This document shows, piece by piece, positions 50,640 through 61,313 of a DNA stretch of 64,000 nucleotides. Source of the stretch: Ramazzottius varieornatus (lineage: Eukaryota > Animalia > Tardigrada). The stretch lies in contig BDGG01000003.1 of NCBI GenBank assembly GCA_001949185.1, positions 1,338,725-1,402,724 on the forward strand, given 5' to 3'. The translations under genes were made by a program, and so were the position numbers. Position 1 is the stretch's first letter, and every line of letters begins with the position of its first letter. The notes beneath the pieces were generated by a model that searched no databases, was not told where the DNA came from, and saw only the letters and a list, made by a program, of their open reading frames with translations.

Positions 50640-53600
50640 TCAAGAAGGCCTTCGAGTAGTGCTGGATTGATGGTGGCGTCCAGAGACCTTACTGCGCGAC
50701 TTGAGAGCAGAGACGGTACTTGCCGTTGATGCACCACTTGCGACTCCTTCCTCTTCCGAAGCGGTCTTGGCAATGGCCAGTAGGATCATTGTCAGTTCCT
50801 TTTGATTAATCTTCCCGTCGCGGTTGATATCGCAGCCACTGATAATGGCATCGTGGAAGGCCTCCAAATACAATAGGTTTGGTGATGGTTGGATAAATGG
50901 TTAAACGGTTGAACAGGCGGTTGGACAATCATTATTCGGAGAGACCATGGACGGATAAAAGGTTTATCCGGTTGACAAGCGGCTGGTTAAAAATGTGTCA
51001 TCCTGATACCTTGCCTAATTTGAAATATTGGGGCTATCGCAAATTCGGTAGTTTGTCAGCTACTGTACATACATAAACGACTCAGTGCTCAGCTAATTTG
51101 GGATTCTGAAAGAGGCATAGCTGGCAGGTAACGTCTGCGTTAAGATAAACAACGATCCACAGAGAAAACTGGCTGAAAATTGGGCGTTTAGGACGTTTTC
51201 CCGAATGTTTCATGTTACCGGACTTATCCGGATAAAAACGTGGTTGGATGGAACCTGTATCCGGTTAATGGCGATTGATTACGGCTTCTATCCGGATAAA
51301 AACGGTTCATTAAAATCCCTATCCAGCCCCACTTTTAATCGGATATATCCGGTTATATCCAGCGTTGGTTGGATAATTAATATCCCTACCTCCAAATCGT
51401 CCATGTCGTAATCCGACTTGGCTAGTTCCAGAAGATCTTTGCACAGACCGTACAGCTCTTCATTCTCAATCGTCCCGTTCCCATCCTGAAAACAGCCACA
51501 AGATCAGGCCGCTTCTTCAGTCTCTCTGATATTTCTTCGGGAAAACGGTCGCGTGTATTTTTCGCTATGAAGCAGGCGTCAAAGTTGAACACATACATAT
51601 ATTTTTGGCGAAATATAATGAAATGGGAGGCCGACAATCGAAACAAACGAGTCCTTATTTCAAGTGTTGCATGGTTCCAGCCAATGAGAGTCGAAACGTA
51701 CGTACTCCACTTAAAGGCAATGATCGTATTGATCAGCAAGTCTCGCACGGTTCCAGCCGACAACCGTAAGAACGTGGGTACGCCACTTGAAATGAAAAAC
51801 GTTTAGAGTACATCTGCCTGGCCTAATCACCGGCCTGGACAAAATTTCCGGCCACCGGCCCAAAGCAGCATAGCTTCGATTGATTGATCAGTCTTGCTGG
51901 CGGCTGCCGCTTTCGGCCAGTGGCCAGAAATTTTGTCCAGGCCGGTAATTAGGTCCGGCGCGTGTACGTTTTGTTTGCCTTCGTGCCTGGTGGGGGTATT
52001 CCAGACTTATATTGTTACACATATCTCCGATATTGTGTGGAAGTTCCGAAACTTACCCTGTCGTATAGAAGGAAAACATTCTCGACATCTTGAGCAGTCA
52101 AAGTCCGTAACGAGCCCTGAAAACCACAACGTGTATTAATTCGCCCGAGGAAGTCACGCAGGGATAATTTCGAGAGAACGGGAAGGGGGGGAATATACTT
52201 TCTGGTTTTGCCCTCCTCTAGCCTTGAAGACAGCGCGGTTCAGGAAGTTCTCTTTGACCGGTAACAATCTGGAAATAAAAATAACAGAGTTACTCTATTG
52301 ACTCTTCCAATCATAACTTCCACATGTTTATTTTGGTTGAAAATAACAATGTGAATTCTGTTTGCTGGAAAAGTCAGATTCTTATCCTTACTGAGCCATT
52401 TCACTCAGCTGTAGTTTGCCATCTTTATTAGTATCGAATATTCTCAACTGCAAAGAGAAAAGCCCAAGCTGATTAGGAAACTTTAATGGACATGAAGAGC
52501 TAGCCTCTTTAGCCTCCGGCGGAGATTGCCTTCTCCCCAGAGACTACTCCAACCAGGAAGTGCGGACTTCCCATTCTTACAATTGAATCAGTGTAATCAA
52601 GGAGCTTGTCATCATCCAAGATTGCTGCGCTGTTTGATCGCAGTATAACTGCCAGCAGAAAATCCTGAAACAACAGGAAGGGAATTTCGTGTACCAAAGC
52701 GTTCCCAGCGTTCAAAAGTGGGACAACAAAGCGTTGATCAACGATCATTGATTTTGGAAATTTCCAAAGGTCAGAACAAGGTGAGTCCGACATTACGTAT
52801 GAGGTAAAAGTAGCGGACTTGTCCATGTAAAATCGCATGGGGTACCTGTCCACCCTAGATCTGCTCTTCGGCTGATCAGGTCTTGTTACTTTTTGGTTTA
52901 TTCGATAAGAAAAGCCCCTATCTATTTTTCGAACATGGTAGACACGAAAGAACAGCGGATTTGTTGAGAGACATCCGCTAAGGAGAGAGACGGTCGACGC
53001 AATGTTAAAAAGCCTGTTTTTGAAAAATCAGCTGATTCTAATCAATCAAGTTACGATTCATGTACATGTGCCAACTTTTCAGGGTGGACAACTTCACCAT
53101 GCAATTTTACGTGGACAAGTCCGCTAGTTTTACCTCGTACCTTAAGTTCATCCGCTTCGATGTATCCGCTGTAGTCTTTGTCAAACTGCTTCCATATCTT
53201 CAAAAGTACAAAGTACATATTCGGAACTTATAAATAAACTTTTTCCAAAACAACTCAGAAATCTTTGGATGGGAAAATTCGGGGCGTTGAAAACGGTTGT
53301 AGAGCAGTTATTTTCTTAGTGCGCACTCACCCGCATGAACTCCACACTTGATTCAAGCGGGTTGTTGAAGCGGAAAAGGAGGAAGAAATTTTCATCTAGC
53401 GGAAGTAATTGCGCCAGCTGCAATTGCAAGTAATAAGCGTCCAATCTGCGTCTGAACAGCTCGTAGACCTCGTATCGACCCACAAACCCAGACGGGTATG
53501 CCAGGCCTTCTTTCCGTTACAGAAGCTCCTTTACGTCAAGTTCGAAGAAATCTTCCTCATTGCAAGCAGACGCATTGTGTTAAGGCGGCGGGAGCCGGTG

Positions 53601-54365
53601 AAACAAATATACTGTACGTGGACTGGTACTTGCTAAACTTGCTCACAAGCTTCACCTCTTTGATTTCAATCTTGCCGTCATGGTTCACGTCATACTCTTC
53701 CATAAAACTCCGTTTTAGTTCTTCAAGTGTCTTTTTCGGAATACTCTGAAAAATAAACATAAGACTGATCTTCAGCGCTTTGCGTAAGATGCGAATGCTT
53801 CATGATTTTTGGTTGAGACGTTTCAGTGAAGGTATGTACGGTTTAGGCAGCACGCAAGCTCTGATTCCATAGAGTACTTCACATCACAACATCAAGAGCA
53901 AACTACTGCGGGGTACGGATTGCAAAGAGTACACGGAAAGCGTAAGTTTTTCTTGTAAAAGAAGCGTGCCTCATTTTGTCGATTCCTATTACCATAAATT
54001 ACCTTCACTACCCACAATTTCGGGACACTTACTTCTGGACTAGGCAGGTTACACACTGCCACCAGGAACTCCTGCAGGAATCCGTCGAGTTCGGCGCCCT
54101 CGATAAATCCATTCCCTGGAAAGAAAAGATATGGTTGGATATAAATGTGTGAATAAAGGCTGGAGTGAAGCTCCCAAAAAGAATGCCGACAGTAAGTTCT
54201 GACAAAATATTGAGGTTAGTTATGCGGATTACCGTCGGAGTCGTAATGCGTCCAGACATCCATGAATTGTGCCGCAGTGAGGCGTTGAATGCGTGGAGAT
54301 CCCGGCTCGTTTAGGAGATACTGGTTCATATATCCCACAACCTTGTTTCCTGCTGTTGACGACAT
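50640..54365 (-). CDS. Cbp53E: Hexa-EF-hand calbindin/calretinin family protein (calbindin-32/Cbp53E-like), about 11 exons
   Basis: MSSTAGNK...LTAAQFMDVWTHYDSDGNGFIEGAELDGFLQEF; YDVNHDGKIEIKE; LPLDENFFLLFRFNNPLESSVEFMR; FDKDYSGYIEADELK; FDTNKDGKLQLSEMA; DGNGTIENEEL; CDINRDGKINQKELTMIL. Confidence 0.92.
50874..51388. mobile_element. hAT-like MITE forming essentially the whole last calbindin intron (50862-51389)
   Basis: TAGG...CCCTA termini, GGATA/TATCC/CCGGTT subterminal repeats at both ends, flanked by direct repeat CCTCCAAA(T) at 50861 and 51389. Confidence 0.75.
51662..51788. repeat. Tandem pair of GTGGCGCAC palindrome cores (51 bp each), calbindin intron
   Basis: 51662-51712 and 51738-51788, both AAGT..GCA.GGTTCCAGCC...GTAC.CCACTT. 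Confidence 0.7.
51822..51953. mobile_element. Palindromic MITE in a calbindin intron
   Basis: Arms CCTAATYACCGGCCTGGACAAAATTTCYGGCCACYGGCC are inverted; central GATTGATTGATC. Confidence 0.85.
52800..53137. mobile_element. mariner-type MITE inserted in a calbindin splice donor
   Basis: ~60-bp TIRs YGAGGTAAAASTAGCGGACTTGTCCAYGTAAAATYGCATGG; TA at 52798-99 and 53138-39; the exon boundary is at 53141/53140. Confidence 0.88.
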
Positions 54366-56460
54366 CCTGGCGAGACTCTCAGCTTGATATACAAACGAAG
54401 ACCCTTTTACACTGATTAGTTCCTACTTAACCGTTCACGCAAATATCGTCGTCGGCATACGACTTGAGTATGCACCCACCAACTGTCATCGTATTCAAGC
54501 ACGAATAAGACAATAACATATCCTCATGAGGCCATACGTCAAACTCAACACAGAACATCCCGCTTCAACGATCGCGAAGAGACGAAGGGGTATTTTTTGT
54601 TATTCGTCCAAATGTCGTAAACACCGTACATTATTTCAGTCGGATTAATCAGCCAAAGATCGTTCTACCACGATGTTGCTGCATCAACATCGGTGAATGT
54701 TCGATACAAAAAGTTTGCAAAATATTTTGGCAGGTAGCGATGCGCTGGATCAATATTCAATAAGCTAACCGTTCGATTCAGAACACAACCTGCGTACGAA
54801 GGATTACCGGCCGGATTAAGTATTCATGATGTTGCCATCACGCGCGGATGAAAGCAGACGCGTCAAAGTGAAGCTGCGATCAACGAGTGAGCAGCTGGAA
54901 TATGTCGAAACAAGCACGGTACTACCAACAAGAAATAAGGCAACAACAGGAAGTAGGATACACAGGGAAATTACAGACTACTGGCCAGCTTGCAAGATTT
55001 CGGGTTTGTGGGTTTACCAGTGGGGAACCCGTATTACACGTATTCACTGATATACAGTATTAGTACGATACCGCGTTCGTACATTTGGGTACTTGCACTT
55101 GTACTAATTTCACGGCCGTTGGTTGTGTGTGTCTTCCTTTTCTTGTGAGGTTTTGAACAAAGCCCGCCATACAGGCGGAAACTTAAGCTATTTTCAGTTG
55201 AGGAGAGTGCGTTGTTCAAGGACCTATGGACTGGAGCACCACAGCTGCTGGGTGACGAAGACCAGGATCGTTACGCTCACCCCTCTCAGCTATTCAATGA
55301 GACTGGGCGTAAACCTTGAAGGCCCATAGATTGAATTCCGATTGTACGGCATTTAAACGGTCGGTACTCTGTCCTGGTAAAGACCTGCCACGCAATTGAT
55401 TTATCCTTCGGTATTTCTATCCCGAAAGCCAGAGCCAACATTATCGGGCAGACGCTAAAGTGAGGAGTGCGGGTGCGGGACAGTGTGGTAGCCAGACAAA
55501 CAGGATATCGGTATTTTTGAGGTACTTTAACGTGCATAGATTATTGATTATGCTTTCAGTACTGCGCCAGCTCGGGAGAGAATCTTCGATCTCAATGTTA
55601 GCCACATGCAAGGTAAGGTTGTTACAGCAGGAGGCCGGTAATTCCCTTGAACTAAACATAGAATGCTCAGTCATTAAACTGAATCAGGTGGAACTAGTCA
55701 TGTCGACACGCCATTGCAAACCTGGCTTCTGACCCAGCTCATGCGAAGAAAGACAGTATCCCGTTGGGCTTAGATTTTTAAGTTCTCACTATGGCGAAGT
55801 AGGATCGAGCTAGTAAACAAAGGAATATACTTAGTAGTTGCGGACGTCCCGTGTCCGACCCGCGGACGATTTTTCCAGACATCCGAATGTCCAGAAGTCT
55901 CTTCCGATCGCGCAGGCGCACCGAAAGGTTCCAGGTCCTTCGTGCCGCAAGGATCGGAACGAATCCTATGCTTTTCTTTCGAGAATTAACGTAAAAGACT
56001 CAATTATGAACCGTGCTTCAGGTTTGACAGCGCTGGAGTGAAGTTCAGTCGGAAACTGAGCGTGGAAGGACCTTTCGAAAACCGTCAACCTCATCATGAA
56101 GTAGCACGAAGCGCCCTCTTCAGGGAGGTCCTCATTCACAGTGAGTCAGTAAGCTAGTGACGTTTCCTCTGTAGGGGATGACGTACACAGTGAGACGTGT
56201 TTACAGATTAAAATAAACCCTCTACATCTCAGTTCTCACCTTCGTGTTTCCAGTTGCGCTTCTTCCCCAAAGTGGACGATGTTTGGCCTTTTGTGCTTAA
56301 TCTTCGGGAGAGAACGTAACTAACGAATGGATATAAGCGACAGTCGATTCAGGAGCAGGTCGCGCAGACTTTATTCTTGATCTTTAGGGTGAATTGGACA
56401 GAACATCTGCCTGATTCTAGACATCCATCTTATTCTGCCTTGTGACTTGTCTGTCGAGAA

Positions 56461-59400
56461 ATGGAGCGGTTTGACCGGGCCTCATTATACATCTTTCTTG
56501 CTGCACTGCTGGCTGGCATTGGACAAGCCTTCTACGTTCCCGGTGTCGCACCTGTGGAGTTTGAAGAAAATGAAAAAGTGGAAGTGCGAGTAAGTCTGCT
56601 GCTTACCTGTGGTTGATTGATTAAACGGTCCGCTTTGAGGGATGATCCCGCCGTCGCCTTACTACCTTTCCTGTTTCTTGTAGGCTGTCAAACTTACCAG
56701 CGAAGTAACGCAGCTCCCCTACGCGTACTACGATCTCCCGATATGTCGACCGAAAGAAATCGAGTACCAGAACGAAAACTTCGGTAAGAACCAAGAGAAT
56801 GAGTTTCATTTGGCCAGTTATCGTTCATGCGAAGAAGAAGCAGGTTAATGACGTCGCAGCAGAAAGCTGTTGGCTTCTGTGTTGCTTGACGTCCTTATGG
56901 CTGTTCCTATCTATGGTGCAACATCTGCCTCTTCAGCGTGCATTCCGATCATTAATAACTTCCGGTCTGTTTTCCAGGTGAGCTTCTTCGCGGAGATCGC
57001 GTCGTCAGTACCCAATATGACATCATGATGGGCCAGACCGAACCCTGCAAGATTCTGTGCAAGAGCGACGAGAAGACCGACACGCCGGTCAGTGCGGTCC
57101 TAACGGCGGAAGAAGGCAAGACGATCGCCGAAAGAATCCGCGAACAATACTACGTTCACTTGTACGGTTATTCCTGTATTTCGCTCCACTGAAATACTTC
57201 ATGGTATATCATATGTTTTCTTCGTAGGTTGGTGGACAACCTTCCATGCGCGACGAAGTTCCTGATGCTGGACAGTGGCGATGCCCAGTACGAGCCCGGT
57301 TATCGACTGGGATACGTCAAGGACGGCAAGATCTACCTAAATAACCATCTAAAGCTCCTGCTGAAATACCATCTGGTTGATGAAGATCAAAAGCATCGAA
57401 GAGTAGTGGGATGCGAGGTGGAGGCAGCTAGCGTTTCCTTGGGTGACTACCAGATGACGAAGCCGGAAGAGAACAAATGCACACTGTCCCCCAAGAGCGC
57501 TCCTTTGCTCATCAACGAAAACGGTAGCGTATCAGCTCAAAATACAGCAGTAGTATTAAAGTACAGTTGATAAAACTAGGATTTCGGAATTTTGGTGTAT
57601 CGTTTAAAGTTTTCGGGATTTTTCTTCAGGTCCGACGAAAGTGATCTTCACCTACGCGGTTGAGTGGCAGGCCTCAGAAGTCCGTTGGGCTTCTCGATGG
57701 GACGTGTATCTGAAGCATCGCGACGTACAGATTCATTGGTTCTCCATCATAAACTCCGTCGTTGTCGTGCTCTTCCTTGCTGGTATCCTGTCCATGATCA
57801 TCGTCCGCACGCTACGTCGAGATATTGCTCAGTACAACCGCGACGAACTCGAAGGCGTGAGTGAATGGATCAGTCATAGTTTCTTCTCACCTCACTCCAT
57901 GAACTGGATTTATATCAGCAAAATTTTCCACATTTTTTTTTCCAGGACGAAGCCATCGAAGAAACAGGATGGAAGCTCGTCCACGGCGACGTCTTTCGTG
58001 CTCCACCTTACTCCAAATTCTTCTGTGCTTTCGTCGCGACCGGTGTCCAGCTACTGTGCATGGCGTTCGTCACTATGTGTAAGCACTTCTCTCTACAGTA
58101 CTTTGTTTGTATGTTATCGATATGATGTCTTCGCGAATCTTTCGACTGCACGAGAACTCTCCGAGCACACTCGAGCACATGACTTTCCCAGCGGCGCATA
58201 TTTTCAATGAAATCAGCTTGAAGCTTGCGCCATTTGGGGGAACGATCTAGCCGAGTTTCTTCAAGTGGCGCATATCCATTAATAAAGATAACTTGGTAGC
58301 GTGCGTCACTTAGAAGAACGATTTGGTCGAGTTTGATTGATGAACTCCCACACTGTGACCATTTTGCAGAATTTTCTTTTGCAGTTGTGGCCATGTTGGG
58401 CATGCTGTCTCCAGCTTCGCGCGGCGCCCTGATGCAGGCCGGCATTCTCCTTTACGTCTTTTCCGGTTCCATCGGAGGGTACCACGGTGGACGGCTCTAT
58501 AAGACTTTCAAAGGCGTCGAATGGAAGCGAACTGCGCTCATCACGTCGCTGTTCTTCCCCGGTGTCGTTTTCGGAACTTGCTTCTTCTTGAATTTTTTCA
58601 TCATGGGCAAACACAGCAGCGGAGCGGTAAAGATAGCTATATCTAATTATTTCTCTCTCTTTTTCGCGTCCTAATTGATCTTTCCTCTCAAGGTTCCATT
58701 TACGACGATGCTGGCGCTTCTCTGTCTGTGGTTTGGCGTTTCTTTACCTTTAGTCTTCATTGGCTATTATTTCGGCTACAGGAAACAGGTAGAAACAAGC
58801 GTTCAAAATTTCAGTTTATCAATTCGGGTATTCTGAATTTACGGTAATTAAGAATTTTCTCTTTCAGCCCTATCAAAATCCGGTGAGGACGAACCAAATT
58901 CCGCGTCAGGTTCCCGACCAAGTGTGGTACCTTCGGCCCACCATGGCCACATTGATGGCCGGTATCCTTCCGTTCGGCGCACTCTTCGTCGAGCTCTTCT
59001 TCTTGATGAATGCCATTTGGCTGAAACAATGTACGAAATTTCTTGGATATTTGAAAATTTCCTACGTTTGAATTTCTAGACCTTCCCTTTCAGATTACTA
59101 TCTTTTCGGCTTTCTCTTCCTGGTCTTCATCATCCTCATGATTTCCGTGTCGATCATCAGCATCGTTATGGTCTATTTCCAGCTTTGTGGCGAGGTAAGG
59201 AACTTTGTATCCGTTTTTCCCTGGATATGAGTACTGTAAATATTCGCTGCGTCCGCGCAGTCCGTACACGTACGTGACGATGCACCCCCGTAGGGGGTTA
59301 TGCAATCCCTGAAACCGGACCGGGGCTGTACTTCACTAGGACGATGACGTACTGCGCGGACGCCGCGAATATTTACAGTGTGTCAGGGAAAGCTTAGTGC

Positions 59401-59882
59401 TTTATTTGAGACGTGAGCGGTGAGCCAGATCGTTTCCGCAAGTGGCGTACGCTTTCAGCTAATGACGATGAAAGTGTGCGCCACTTTGAAAAAAACAATC
59501 CGTTTCAGTTCCTTTGCCTGCGTTCCATTTTACTGTCGGTGTTCCATGGCTGTTTCTTTCAGAATTACCACTGGTGGTGGAGGAGCCTGGTAGTCAGCGG
59601 AGGCGTCGCAGTTTATGTTCTGGCCTATTCCGTATTCTACTACGTGACCAAGCTGGAAATAAGTGGGTTCATTCCCACACTCCTCTACTTTGGCTATACT
59701 CTTCTCATGGTCATCACCGTTTGGGTAACTACAAGAGTCTTTCCACTTGGCGTGTGGTAGGAATGGTTGAAGTACGTGCTGAATAATGATGGTGGTGATT
59801 GCAGGTGCTAACCGGAACTATCGGCTTTTACGCCGCTTACTTTTTCACTAGAAGAATTTACGGTGCAGTCAAGATCGACTGA
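56461..59882 (+). CDS. TM9SF4: Transmembrane 9 superfamily member 4 (nonaspanin), multi-exon
   Basis: Signal peptide then FYVPGVAP; [10 protein letters not shown]; [21 protein letters not shown]; [10 protein letters not shown]; [14 protein letters not shown]; LSPASRGAL; [12 protein letters not shown]; NYHWWWRS; C-terminus IYGAVKID*. Confidence 0.95.
58189..58311. repeat. Tandem pair of GTGGCGCAC palindrome cores (47 and 49 bp), TM9SF4 intron
   Basis: 58189-58235 and 58263-58311, each followed by GAACGAT(C/T)T.G. Confidence 0.82.
59232..59380. mobile_element. ~148-bp MITE in a TM9SF4 intron (family of 34134-34281)
   Basis: TACTGTAAATATTCGC...GCGAATATTTACAGT. Confidence 0.88.
59440..59486. 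repeat. GTGGCGCAC palindrome family core (47 bp), TM9SF4 intron
   Basis: CCAGATCGTTTCCGC-AAGTGGCGTAC...GTGCGCCACTT. Confidence 0.88.
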
Positions 59883-60164
59883 TGGATTTTCAACACACAG
59901 AGAATGTTGTACTTTGCTGTAATATTCAACAATTATTGACTTCACCACATGCAGTTTTGTACGAGTCCTGTTATTTATAAGTCAAAGGTCCACACAAACT
60001 CGGCTAAGCTAGCCCAGGAAATTGTGGGTCATCTGACGTCATCATTCGTTTCCGGTCAGTACAACAGCCTTCCAGCGCTGCTAAACGAGGCCGTTGATTA
60101 GACGGTCGAGAGGCTTAATAAATATCTATCTATCAAAGTAAAATTTTTTTTCAGCTCAGAAAAT

Positions 60165-60874
60165 CTAATCAAAAACCGGGAAAAAAACAAGGGAAAAAAC
60201 GTAAAAACAGGCAGAAATCTTCGGCACGTATCTACATGAATCTTCAACAAATATTAGCGCAGGAAGTTCAAAAAAATCGAATGGAGCGGACGGAGATTGA
60301 AATTTGGCTTTCTGTAAATTCATGCAGAATGTTTGCGAACTAATAAAAAACGCTGCATGCTTCCATTGAAATTGTGGACGGAGATGTGTTTGTTTGGGTC
60401 ATGATGGAGCAAATACCTCGCGACGGAACTCTTCGACTGCCGTCCTGGGGATATATTCGGCTGGAACATAGAACGGTCGTTCACTGTAGAACAGAAAAGA
60501 AATCTTTATCATGCTGATCAAGCCATTTCGCTGATTAAGTATTGATTGGTTACCTTGACCGAGCATCAGTAAGAACGAAGTAGCCTTTCACTTTTCCGAT
60601 TCCTGAAGGTGAGTCTTCACATCCCATGCCCACAACTTTTAGGTTGGAGAAAAGCCTGTCCATCAAGTCAAACGGCTCCTGCTCCATGTGAGCGGGAATC
60701 TTCAAGTCTCCTCTTGCCCTGTCACTGCAACATAAGAAGGCTGTAAACGGCTGAAAACTGCGACGGGATAACTGATTTCTCACGCATGTTGAGGTCGGTC
60801 GTTGCGACTTACTCTTTACTCCTAGTTTCCGCAGCTTCCGTCTTCACATCCTTCTTCAGTTTTGTCACTCCCAT
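60165..60874 (-). CDS. Small 4-exon orphan gene (~148 aa), possibly with a divergent chromo/chromo-shadow-like domain
   Basis: Exons 60874-60813, 60724-60554, 60483-60417 and 60311-60165 have canonical GT-AG sites and consistent phases (2, 2, 0) with no internal stops. The last exon is the least certain. Confidence 0.65.
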
Positions 60875-61313
60875 GTTGACCTGCAATCCGCATAACTGGA
60901 AGGTGAGACGAACATAAGCGGGGCCGAAGCGTCAACCGAAGGAAAATTAATGGGAATTAAAATCGGATCATCAACCAACGTTACATGGGACCGTGACCAC
61001 GCCTCTTGACCGCGGTTTACCGAAGTCAGCCCTCTCGCACCCGACTGGTTACAATCCGACGTCAAACGGCTAAACGGTTAACCGGATAGGTAACCGGTTG
61101 AACCGGACTGGCAACTCCAGCTGATCAACAATCAATCCAGGCAGGGGAAGAATTAGAAGTCGTCAGGCGCTTCGACTTCGTGCCAGGCTGCTAGCTGAAT
61201 TTCCGAAATTTGCCTGTTAACCAGCTTGTCAAGTTTATTAGAGTGCGACTGCGCCAGCCAAGAATATTCCGTTTATCGAAGACGCTGCGGTCAGCAGAGG
61301 GACATCTTCTTGC

